Below, one piece after another: positions 52,601-64,000 of a DNA stretch of 64,000 nucleotides. The translations under genes and the position numbers were made by a program. Positions within the stretch are counted from its first letter, which is position 1. Every line of letters starts with the position of its first letter. The stretch covers positions 11,470,001 to 11,534,000 of the forward strand of contig OZ176052.1 in NCBI GenBank assembly GCA_964247055.1, given 5' to 3'. The stretch is from Paragordius varius (taxonomy: Eukaryota; Animalia; Nematomorpha). Under the pieces are notes generated by a model. The model saw only the letters and a list, made by a program, of their open reading frames with translations, was not told the DNA's origin and did no database searches.

Positions 52601-55600
52601 TATTCTCTTAAGATTTTGATATGACCTAAATAATTAGATTTTCGAAATATATATATATTATATATAAATTATTTCGCAACTCAATAAATAATATTAAATA
52701 AATTAGGGTTAGAAAAATGGTTTTCTTTATAAAAAAAATATTTGCATGTTACTTTAACTTTTAAACTATATAATTTGGCGTTAAACAAAAAAAGTTTTTT
52801 AGATCTCTGAAAAAAACCTTGATTAACGGTTCCACATCCTGTTCCTTTGAGATTGAGCTCAAAATTTGTCTATGGTATTGAACTTGGGAGGCATCTTTGA
52901 CAGAGTCAGTATTAATTTTATAACTACAAAAAACCGTACAAAATTTATAAAGATATAAGAGATAAATAAAAAACAAATATTTTTGTAGTAATATAGCCAT
53001 GCTTTTTCAAAACTTTTTTAATATAACTCGTGTAGGATTGCATAATAGGAAATCGAGTTGTAAATTGATAAAACATTCAATTATTATCATAAAATTGTGA
53101 ATAACAATTAATGTAGAAGAAATAAAGGTTTAAAAAAGTATGGTCGTTATCTTTTCAAAAAAAATTTGTCCTTTAGTTTCGTTTTGTCTGTATATTTCAA
53201 ATTTGTTATAAATAACTCAAAAGCAAAAAAAAAGTTTAAACTATAAATTTATGATACTTGGTTAAATCTTTGATCAGGAGGTCAAACAATTCCACAGCAA
53301 TATCCATTTTATTACGCATCATATGTATGTTTGATTTCAGTCCATTTATGTAGGTTGTAGCGATATCCCCACCCACATTACATACATTGATAGCAATCGA
53401 TTGAATGTTTATGTTTAACAGAATATCAATGATTTCATCACCATTCTTATTTTTGCGAGGGTACATGACTAATTTGACAAAAGTTTGGATTATTTAACTT
53501 ATTTATGATTGGTTGAACAAAATATAAAAAGTGTTTGGTATTATTCTTAATATATTTTCTTAATAACGGTTAAGGTTTCAAAATCTTTTTTAATAAAAAA
53601 AATGATTTATTGTTCTCGCAAATGGTTTTGATTTTTTTATAATCTCCATTTTAATAAAATGTAACTAATTAAAAGATCATAAATGTATGGTTGCCATAAT
53701 AATATTTATTTTTTGAGGTTTCATTTAATTATAAACAATATCAAAAATAAGGTAATTGAAAAAAATATAAAATCAATTATTTTTCTAAAAACATATTAGG
53801 TAAAAAACAAATGGTACCGGTTCTACCAAAATGATTCAAGTTCCCATCACTGGTTTAACAAAATAATGAGGAAACAATAAAATATCTACAATACCACCAA
53901 TCATTAGATAAAATAAAACTCTTATACTTAGTGGTTCTTGTTTAAGATTTGATTGAAACGTTTTAAGTACAGATGTGTTGGAATCATCAGGGCGAAGCGA
54001 TGAAGGTGGTGTAAAAAATTCGCCCGATTGTGAAATGGATGAAAAGGCCGAAGGTGAAACCATGGGTGGACCATTATTATTATTGTTAACATTAACAACA
54101 TTTCCGATATCTATGAGGTGTGGTTTTCTTTCATAAATCGGGGCTTGATTACTTACTGCACTATGAAGTTCTGATGAATAAAAAGCAAATACATAATTTG
54201 TATTATATTATGTATAGCCAAATAATATAACTTAATTTCAGTTAAAAATTCGTCGTCAAAAATTATTTTACAAAAATAAATATGGACGTTATAGAATATA
54301 GGCTAGGATGGATAATTATCAAGTCCAAAAGAAAATGTTTAGATAATATTACATGCAGCCCTCCATAATATTTCGGCGGCCGAGGATCTCAAATAGAAAA
54401 TTTTACGGAATCTTGGACACCCCTGCACTATAATGAGCTTTTTAAATAAACATTTTAATGATTATTATAAATATAAGTCGTCCCTCCTTATTACAATATT
54501 ATATTAATCATATATAAGATAATTGATTAAATGTAGAGAAAATTTTAAGTTTTACGAGTAGAACTTTCTTCCTCCATCAAAGGTGGGATGCTGGCAATGG
54601 TTTTACGAGCTTTCCGAACCGCAGTAGATGATGTATCCGTAGATAAAGACCTAAATATTACACTTGAACGTTTGGCAGAGGTGGTTTTGGATGAAAGGAG
54701 TAGGGATGTGTTTGATGGAGTGGTTTGTTGTTTAACAACGGCGGTGGTACCAACAACAATATTCTTTTTATGTTTGTTCATTTCTTGCTGCAAATTTTCC
54801 CACTAAAAGCCATGTGTGGGCACAAATATTATATCAATTATTTTGTAGGGTAAAAAGGACAAATTTTTCTTTCAAAAAACAACCATACTTTTTTAAACCT
54901 TAAATTTTTTTTCCCATAAAAATTATTAAATTACAATTGTAAAATATAAAATTGATAGCGTTACCAATATATATATATCTACCATACTTTGCAATTAAAC
55001 AATGATTCAAATGATAAAAATTAAAAATGTATGGTTGTTTTTTAAAAAAATATTTGATTTTATATTTTTACGTTTTGTCCGTAAAACTTCCATTTTTACT
55101 ACAGTAAATTTATGTGTGCTTTTCGGTGCAATAATTCTGTCTCAAAAACAAAAAATTAAAAAAAGTATTTTACTTTTGGACTAAAATTACCAATAGATAT
55201 CGTTTTAATAATTATTTCACAAAAAACATTATATAGATAGTCCTTAATCTTTAAGAATAAAAATATCATCAAAATACCAACCATTTGTAAAATGTTGAGA
55301 ATAGCTTGTTCATGAATCCGAAAAATAAGGGGACTCAACTGAACTCTAATATTTTTTTCCACATTGTTGTATTGATAAACGAAATCCGGACCATTAATAT
55401 CGGCCTGTAATATGGATAATTATTGAATTAATATTTTAAACGAATTAAAATAAAATGTAATATACCATAATAATTTCCGAAGTCAAAAAATATTTGTCCA
55501 AATTGTTGGGCATTGATTTTATGAGATAGAGTGGGGTGTTATTATCTGCAAATAATAATAAAATGAAAAAAAACAGAAATACTCAAAGAGTAAAATATTT

Positions 55601-58600
55601 TTAACAGTCAAATATATTAACCTTGATTATTTTATTAAAACTTATCATTTTACTATTCGAGAAGAAAATTCGTAACCCACTATATTTAAATCTCAGAATT
55701 GTAATCAAATAAATTTTTTTTAAACAAAAAAGTATGGGTTTCCTCAAAATCCTACTATTTATATTTTTTAATTTTAATTTTGATTCCAAGTTAAAAATAT
55801 TAAATATATATAAAATTAAAACTTTAAATCAAAACTTACTTGAATACTCAAAATTTTGAAGGGTGAGCGCTTTCAAATGCGCCTTAACACGAGTTTGGAA
55901 TGATTTAACCTCTAAAAAGGTGCCCAAAGATTGCATTTGAAAACACATAAGTTTTTGTTTAACCTCCTCTGAAGTTTTGCTAATATTTTTGCCTGTTGAC
56001 ACGTCTGAATTGAATGGCTTTGTAACTCGATACAAATTAATGCACAACTGTAAAATATAGATTTATATAGTTAAAATGTAAAAACGAGACAAAAAATTTT
56101 TTTAAAAGATAACACTACTATATTAAACCTAAATTTTTGTTATATAAATTACTTAATAATATTATACAATAAACAATTAAAGGTGTTACCAATTCACATC
56201 TCTATTCAATACTTGAATAAGAAAAAATAAGTTATATATAAAAAATCAAGTTTTAAAAAGTATAGGGACCCTTTAAAAACAAATGTGTCTTAATGTTTTT
56301 ACAATTTACCTGTAAAATTTTAATTATTAGATTTAAATTTAATAAAAAATGATGTAATTTACCAATCTTAAATCAAAGTTGGCAACTAGTGATGTTAGTT
56401 GGATATTTTGAGGTGAATTTGAAGATGAAAGACTGGTAGAATCTTCGTTTCGTTCAATCGTTTCATTTTGTTGGTCAAAAATATCGTTTTGCGTTAATTT
56501 GTAAGCCGCAGTTTTATCTTTTTCAGCCATACTACCATCATCTACCACATCCTAATCAGGGAAAAAAATTAAAAGTTACAAAACTATGATGAATGATTTT
56601 AAAATTATAAATTTAAAAATAAAAAATATTCCATTATTACGGGAAAATATTTATAGTGTAGGAATTCTATAATTAAATTTAATTATAAATAAAGATATGC
56701 AATTTTCCGCGGTTGTATCTTATGGCATTATTATAAAATCGAAAAATTTAGAATATGAGCAATTAAATCAGTATTTTGTAAAAAAAATCATTATGAGGTA
56801 GGGGGGTGGAGTATTTTATTTATATAGTAATATTTAAAAACAAAGATAATTATACCGTTTGTTCTTGGTCTGTTGTTGGAGTTTTAGCTGTAGGTTCATT
56901 TTCGGTGGGCAGGGGTATACTAAGCAATAATTTCAACATATTCTCCAATCTTTGATCCGATATGTTTAGAGTAAGATCCGGTAAAACACCAAATATACGG
57001 ATTCTGATAATGTAATAATCCAGAATATGATATAAATTTGGTTATCATGAAATATAATATGGGAGAAGTAAATTTAAAAAAGTGGAAACATATATAAAAA
57101 AATAAAATAATATATATAAAACAGGATATTAATCATATTTTTTAACATTATTTTTTAAGATAACCTAGGCTAGCTCTTTCGGTTGCAAAATAAGAAAAAA
57201 TATATATTAGACAAAATTTTATTTGCAATTATCACATAGTTTACATAGGTAAAATCAATTGAAACATATACTTTGTTGATAAAAAAAAAATTTTCCTTTA
57301 TGCTTTGCCTTCAAATTTTTAATTTTTACTGTGAAACAGAAGTATACTTTGGTAAATTAGGATCATCCATTATAATCGCTTTTTCTAGCAGCACAGTTAT
57401 AGTTCCGGGTTTCAGAATGTGTAAAGGTGAATCTTCCCTTTGTTTCAAAGACATCCAATCCTCGCCTATGATTGATAAATGCAGTGTCGATATAGCAAGT
57501 AACAGTATAAATAATCAAAACATTAGAAATTTAACAATAGAACAATTTTTTTAAAGAGTCATCCATTTTAGTTTAATTTTATATTTAAGTTTGGTTGATA
57601 TAAAGAGAGGTCTTAAAAGCTTCATACACAACCCCGTATTCAATAACCCATTTAAACTATATAAAAAAATTAATTGCGACTCTGGATAAATACTTTTACT
57701 TTAACGTCTTATTTCTTTTTTACTCTAAAATAATTTAGTTAACAAATATATTGATATCCAAACCATGACTGAACGAAAAATAAATAAAAACACAAACATA
57801 CCAGCATTAGCGTAAAGAAATTGAATCCGTTCCATGCTAACACGTATTTTATCGTACGATTTCTCCAACAAACCCGCAATTTCTTCTAGGTTGTTACTGT
57901 CACCATAATTAGTATTTTTACTAGAAGAGGTGAGTGAAATATTATCCTGGATTCCTTCAGAATCGTCCTGTTCAAAACTTAACTTTCCTGCCGTGTTGTA
58001 GGACATTTGTGGAGTTTGGAAGCTTTGGCGAGGTGATGTCCCACCACCACCACCAGAAGTCAACATAGCTTCCTCTTGGCCTTCAATGAACGATTGCATG
58101 GAGAAATTACCCAGATCAATGATGAGTAGATCATTTTTACTACGTAAAATGGATAAAACGAAAAAAATATTAATCTAAATAATAGCAAGTCCTCATAAAG
58201 AGATTGATTAATTAATCAATGCGCCTATACCTACTAATTAATGCAGTTTTCATATTTCATTATAAGGCCCTACACTTTTATATAATAATTGATAGGTTTT
58301 TTTGTGCATAGATAATTAATGGGTAGATATTATTCCAGAAAATTAATAAAATCAAATAGTTATTACATATATATATATATATATAATTCAACGATTCCGA
58401 GAAGAAAAATAAAATAAAAAAGATCTAACTTTTTTTAAATTTTTTAAATAAAAAAGATCTAACTTTTTTTTTAATTTTTTAAATAAAAAGTCAAATTAAA
58501 TAAGGGTTCTGCGATGAAAATAGTTAACTATATATTTTGGTTATGAGGGACGTCCATTTTTTATAATTATAAGGCATCATTAAATAAAATCATTAGGAAT

Positions 58601-61600
58601 TTGAAAATATGTAAATTTTATTTTACTCTTTATATACTCCACCATAGGGTATAATTAAGTGTGAAGATTTAATGGCAATTTTGAGGTCGATATTTTTGCG
58701 TTTTTCCAACGCATACTTATAACCAGTTGCTGTGTTTTGTTTCACATCTTCAAAAGTGCTAACTGCGGCATTTTGTATTCTGATTCAAAAAACAAAAAAG
58801 TGAAAATTACCATAAGCCAAAATTTTATATTTTGCACACTAAATATCAAGTAAAACTTTATAATATTAATAATCAATTTTTTATGGCTTGGTGCAAATTA
58901 CCTATACATAATGTTCCATTAAGATATGAAGCAATAATTTAAAAAAGGTTTAAAACTTTGAACCATATATACCCATAAATGATATTTTAACTGTTACATA
59001 GGTTATTTAATATTATATGAGGGACACATGAAAGTAATAACATACAAAAACTGACATTTTTACAAAGTTTTTATAATAGGTAAAATAGTTATTTGAATAA
59101 ACTTACTGTTTCAGTTTGACAGATTCGGGTGCTTTGAAAAACTTGCTAAGTTCATTGATTGTATCCTATGTAATTAATGCATGCATAATTTAATATAACA
59201 AAATCTGGGTAAAATAAAACATATAATTTCACATAAAAGTAAAACACTAAAATTATTTTAAGGACCATAAAATAAATTTATAAGCTATTGTTTTGGACTG
59301 CAAAAAAGGTTTAGAGATGTAAATTGGTAACACATTATATATTTTTAAATGGCAATCTTATAGATTATGAATAAATAACGAGTTATAATTATGATTTTCC
59401 TGGACAATAAAACATATTAATATTTTATACTTTTCATATTTTCTTTGGAAAAAATACTAAAATACGTACGGCATCATATATAATTTGAAGTGGGTTAGCA
59501 TTTAAATGGAGGCGCTGGTCACATGATTTATCAAGCGGATTCATTTCAAACAGACAATGCACGAGCGTGTCATCCACACTCTTGATCGTTTTTATAATGT
59601 AATTTGGTGTAGTCGGTTGATCAACAACATTCTTTCCCGTTATATCAAAATTATCCATAGTCAATTCAACTCTAAAAATAGCAAATAATTAAGAACATAC
59701 CAAAAAAATTGATTCAATCATATACAATAACAAGTTTATATATTCATATAAATATATACCTTGAATAATCTTGAAATTAAGGAAAAGCTTAGTATAAAGT
59801 TAAAAATTGAGTAAAGAGTTTATCAAAGTTACATTATGTAAAATGGCGGTACATTTTGTCAAAGATAATCAAATATTGCAAAAATTTAATTTCCTTTTAT
59901 ATCAAATTATAAATTAAAAATCATCTATGCGCTTCAAAAATTTAAGAAATCACAATAAAATAGAATATATGAAACATTTTCAGAGTTAGGTCTCTAATAA
60001 AACAATGTAGCATTTTAAATAAAAAAAATTAACTGTAAAGCATCAGCACCAGGACATTGTTCAACGGTTACGGCTAATTCGGAAAGTGCGGCATAAGCCA
60101 ATTTAGTAACTTTAATCATAGCGTTTTCTCCTTCGGTCTCTTTGCCCAGCAGTGTGAGTGATAATTGAAGCAATTTGAAATGGAGTACATTTTGCACAAA
60201 CTAAGTATCGAGCAAATTAAATAATATTTATACAATGAAATTAGAATTAATCGAAAATGAAAATAAATAGACTGTATATTGACATAAAAAACGCGGTAAT
60301 ATTGGCACATAAATTCTTTCTTAAAAAGGATATTAATTATAATTTATTGAATTGCTTATTGAAGCACAAAGTGTTACAAATTAAACGCCACGTAATGCAT
60401 ATAAATTTAGCTTATCATCTAATTCAAGTACAATTTAATGAGTAATAATTGCAAATTAAAAAACTACGTATATCGTTAGGAAAATATAGAATTTTGATAA
60501 AATTCATCGAATAAATTTACATGTAATATATAATTGATAAAAGATTCAGCATAAAATTATTCAGAAAATATAAAAACAGCCTTAAATAACCTCAGGGGGA
60601 TATTCGGGCGGTACCCCAGTTTCAGTGTAATCGATAGCTTGGTACAATTTGGCTTTTTCCTCAACCGTCATGGCTTCGTTAAATTTGGATGCTAATAACC
60701 AGCAAAAAAAGAAATGTATATGATTTACAAAATTTAAACTACAAAATAATGTAATTCTTCAGTAATAATCGAATTAAGGGTTGGGGCAATCATATTAAGT
60801 TTTTTAATTAAATTTTCCGAAAAAAAAAGAAATAATAAAACAATAATAGAAATGTTTCAACCAAGATCACATTACTTATAAGAAAAATTAAAGTGAAATA
60901 CATGTTTAAATTTATTATAAAAATTAAAATTTTGGATAATTATCCACCTGTAATGCTATGGTTTAATATTATTTATAAATACCTATTTTTCGGCTAATTA
61001 AGTTATTTATGGTTTAGTTTATATAAAAGTTGGATTTTTAGCAAATTTACGACTATACACAGTAACATATATGTATGGCTCTTTTTGATTACATTAATAA
61101 AATTTAAAACCATTAATTTTCTACACAAAAAACTTTAAAAAAGCTAAACGACTTGCTCAAAAATTGATCATACATATTCGGTTAAATTTATAAAAATTGA
61201 TTTCAAATATTTTAACCAAAAAAATTCAATTTACAGTATGCATTTTAGGCTGCATTGTTAACACTATAGATGAGCTTTGTTTCCATACACCAATGTGTTG
61301 CGAATTTCCCAATTATAGTGTGAAATACGCAACCATTAAAAAATGCATACTGTAAATTCAAACCGTTTTAGAAGATAATTCTTCCAAATAAAGTTACATT
61401 TAAGCCTATTTTCCATTCATAAAATTCAAAGTCAACACAAAAACTAGATATAAAAGCTTAACAACTTAAAAAACGATATATATACATACCTATTCCTTCA
61501 GCTAAATTGGTTGTTTTATTGATGGATGTATCTGCTACAGTCGAAGGGTTATACGATGCCTGTGTGGGTGATTCTGTATTCCAACGAGAAAAAAAACCAC

Positions 61601-63393
61601 CAAACCAACCTTTCGATGCAGAATTTTCGGTCCCACCAGTCGGGTGATTCAGTATTTGTTCGCGTTGAACTTCAAGTTTTGCTTTTTGTCTGGCCAACGT
61701 AATATTAAACACATCTAATTTCCGTTCAGCATTCTTTTGTGGCAAAGGAAATATAAAACAATTGTTTAGTTTTTACATATATGTGAGAAAACTGTATCAG
61801 TAATTCGTATACGAACTAATTTTTTTGCTAATGAAAATTATATATTTCGGATATAAATTGGTCATTAATCTATTAAATAATTAAAGATATAAACTGATAA
61901 AAATGTAGATTCTTTATAAACGAGTTTATGATACAAAATATAAAAAATAAATGTTGTAGAAATATGTTTAACAATGATCATCAGGATATAATATTGATTG
62001 TTTTTCGAAACATTAAAAAACAAGGATAAGATTTGAAACCTTCGCATTAAATCCTAATCAATATATTTGGGAAAATCAAGAAATATATCAAAAAGTTTTT
62101 CTAATAATTTATAATAAATAGGGCTAATTATAATAAATAATTAACGAGAATAAAAATATTACATCTAAAACAGATTTTATGCCAGGCGATAATTTCTTTG
62201 ACACCAATTTAACCTTGTAAGCTTCAATGTAACGTTTAACTAACTCTCTATGAGCCGATATATGTTTCCAAGACCATTGTCTTAAACGAGGTTGAACTAT
62301 TCCCTCCAAAACACATTTAATTGCAAATTTCCACCTTAAATTTATATCAAAATAAAAAATTTTAAATTGAGTATTTTTTGAAAAATAAAAATATAATATG
62401 ATATACCATTCAGCATAATGGTCTTTGTAGGTTTGAAGATGTGGTCGGTATTTTCTATATTTCGATTTAAGATTCAGTGTTTCGATACTTTCCAACAATT
62501 CAAGGATATCATGATACTGGAAAAAAAAACAAATAATTTATTGAGAAATATATCAACGCTGTAGAAAATAAAATTTTAATTTTCTATATACTAATAAGAT
62601 TAATAACAGTTTGAAAACAAAAATCAAAAGTAAGAAGAAACAAAACAATAATCTTTATTTATGGACTTTAATCAAACCACACTTTAAAGCAGGGGCGTCC
62701 AACACAAATGAGCCGCATTTTTGACTTAAAAAATCTGGCGGGCTGGAAATATATATGGTAAGTTATATTTAATTTATTATATTTCAAACATAAGACTATA
62801 AAATGCAACGTAATAATGCATTTTTTTCTAATTCTTGCCATTGGATAGATTCATTTAAAGTTTAAAAAATATTGATATTAATAAGATTTGAAGCATAATT
62901 TTGCGAACTATGAATTTCAGAATTTTTCGCGGGCCGCACATAAGGTCTCGGAGGTCCGCATGTTGAAGACCCCTGCTTTAAAGATACCATTAATAGGTCA
63001 ATTATAAAATATTGTTTGATATAGGGCTAAAATTTCGAATTTCTAATTTCAAAGATTTCAAAATAATTAAATAAGATGTAAGTATTTTAGAGTAATTCGG
63101 GTAAATATCCATTTAAATTTTAATAAAAACTAATCTATAACGATAATAATTATCTGAACTTTTTAAATAAAGGTCATAAATTTATATGTATACCTGATCC
63201 TGAGATATGGCAAAAGATATAGATTGTATAATGAGGTTAAATAACACTTTAGGCGTGGTAAAATTAGTTCCATCCAATTCGGGTTTCGGGTTTAGTCTTA
63301 GCTGAGCCAACGATGTTAAAGGCAACAAAATATAATTGTAACCAGGGGGATATATTTTTTCAGTGTTGTGATTACCTATTGGGGTTGATAGCC
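31173..63393 (-). CDS. VPS13: VPS13A/C-type bridge-like lipid transfer protein with dozens of short exons. The 5' end (chorein N-terminus) lies beyond the window and the terminal exon is uncertain (~30.9 kb)
   Basis: N-terminal exons read [22 protein letters not shown] (63393-63194), KYRKYRP...WKFAIKCVL...QWSWKHI (62.2-62.5 kb) and [12 protein letters not shown] (60.6 kb). C-terminal exons read [20 protein letters not shown]...[14 protein letters not shown] (33.7-33.9 kb), [34 protein letters not shown] (32.7 kb) and [16 protein letters not shown] (32.3 kb). Not every internal exon boundary was resolved. Confidence 0.95.
47598..48152. mobile_element. piggyBac-like MITE in a VPS13 intron
   Basis: TTAA|CACTTCGATTCAAATTGGGGTATCTAAATACCCCAG pairs with CTGGGGTATCCAACTACCCCAATTTGAATCGAAGGA|CTAA. 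A fragment of the same internal palindrome (GGGGTAGTTTTATACCCC) is at ~10837. Confidence 0.7.
54345..54425. mobile_element. Solo end fragment of a Charlie-like hAT MITE
   Basis: It ends TTGGACACCCCTG and is preceded by a GC-rich GGCGGCCG subterminal motif. Confidence 0.5.
62690..62975. mobile_element. hAT (Charlie-like) MITE in a VPS13 intron
   Basis: TIRs CAGGGGCGTCCAAC / GTTGAAGACCCCTG and a perfect 8-bp TSD CTTTAAAG. Confidence 0.9.
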
Positions 63394-64000
63394 CTGAATT
63401 TTTTTGCAGATAATATTTAATAAAAAATATGGGATGTTTTTTGTAATTTTCATATAGGAATAAAAACTAATGGCTCAGTACAATGGAAAAGACGTCAAAT
63501 GACTTATTTTAAAATATACAGTATTAGTCAGATCTAAAACGATAGAAAAAAGTGTACCGCCATTTGATGGCGAATCCTCATACAAATAATGATGAGGATG
63601 ATTAATATTAGGAAAAAAATATTTTAAAGTATATGGATTTTGGTAGCGAAATTGAGAGAATTAAGCATTATATTTTATAAAATTTATTTAAAATTAAGCT
63701 AAAATGTGTATATAATAAAGATTATTATTATTATTATTATATATGCATTTGAGCTTATTTTTAATTAAATATGGTTATGTTCCAATTTAAATATAAGTAT
63801 ATAAAATTTGAAAAAGTGTTTTAAATTTAATTTATATAGAACTACAATTATAAAATAATAAATTAAAAAAGAAAGAGTAAAAATTAAAATTATAAGGACA
63901 ATATAGTAAACAAACATCTATTTCTTATATAGCTATTCAAAATGATAGATATCGCTTAAAAAATCCATCTTTTAAAGTATATGGTTTTCTTCACAAAAAA

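Noticed and set aside
60320-60340. ATATCCTT U12-type donor look-alike (also near 6245)
   Set aside because: The flanking VPS13 exons join with ordinary GT-AG sites in phase, and the other hit is in the PAN3 3' region.
63470-63535. Apparent VPS13-like peptide ending Y-TGA, hinting at UGA recoding
   Set aside because: The similarity is unconvincing, and all confidently placed exons use TGG for Trp with standard stops.
1-64000. Assignment to a particular organism
   Set aside because: Composition and transposon content suggest an AT-rich invertebrate, but the species cannot be determined without a database search.

Overview
Very AT-rich eukaryotic (invertebrate-like) genomic DNA with short GT-AG introns and three spliced genes reconstructed by hand. 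(1) The 3' part of exosome subunit RRP41/EXOSC4 (+, <1-3294). (2) A complete 19-coding-exon PAN3 deadenylase-complex pseudokinase (-, 18540-6544, ~877 aa), convergent with EXOSC4. (3) Most of a many-exon VPS13A/C-type lipid transfer gene (-, >63393 to ~31000). Introns and the 19-30 kb intergenic block hold decayed hAT, piggyBac-like, unassigned TIR and RTE-clade LINE elements. The main unexplained signal is that the PAN3 gene body carries 18 palindromic CAGCTG boxes with a symmetric R-n-CAGCTG-n-Y context plus 7 CAGGTG/CACCTG boxes. They fall in all three reading frames, in introns and across two splice acceptors, whereas I found only 3 CAGCTG in the following ~46 kb. All counts are manual.
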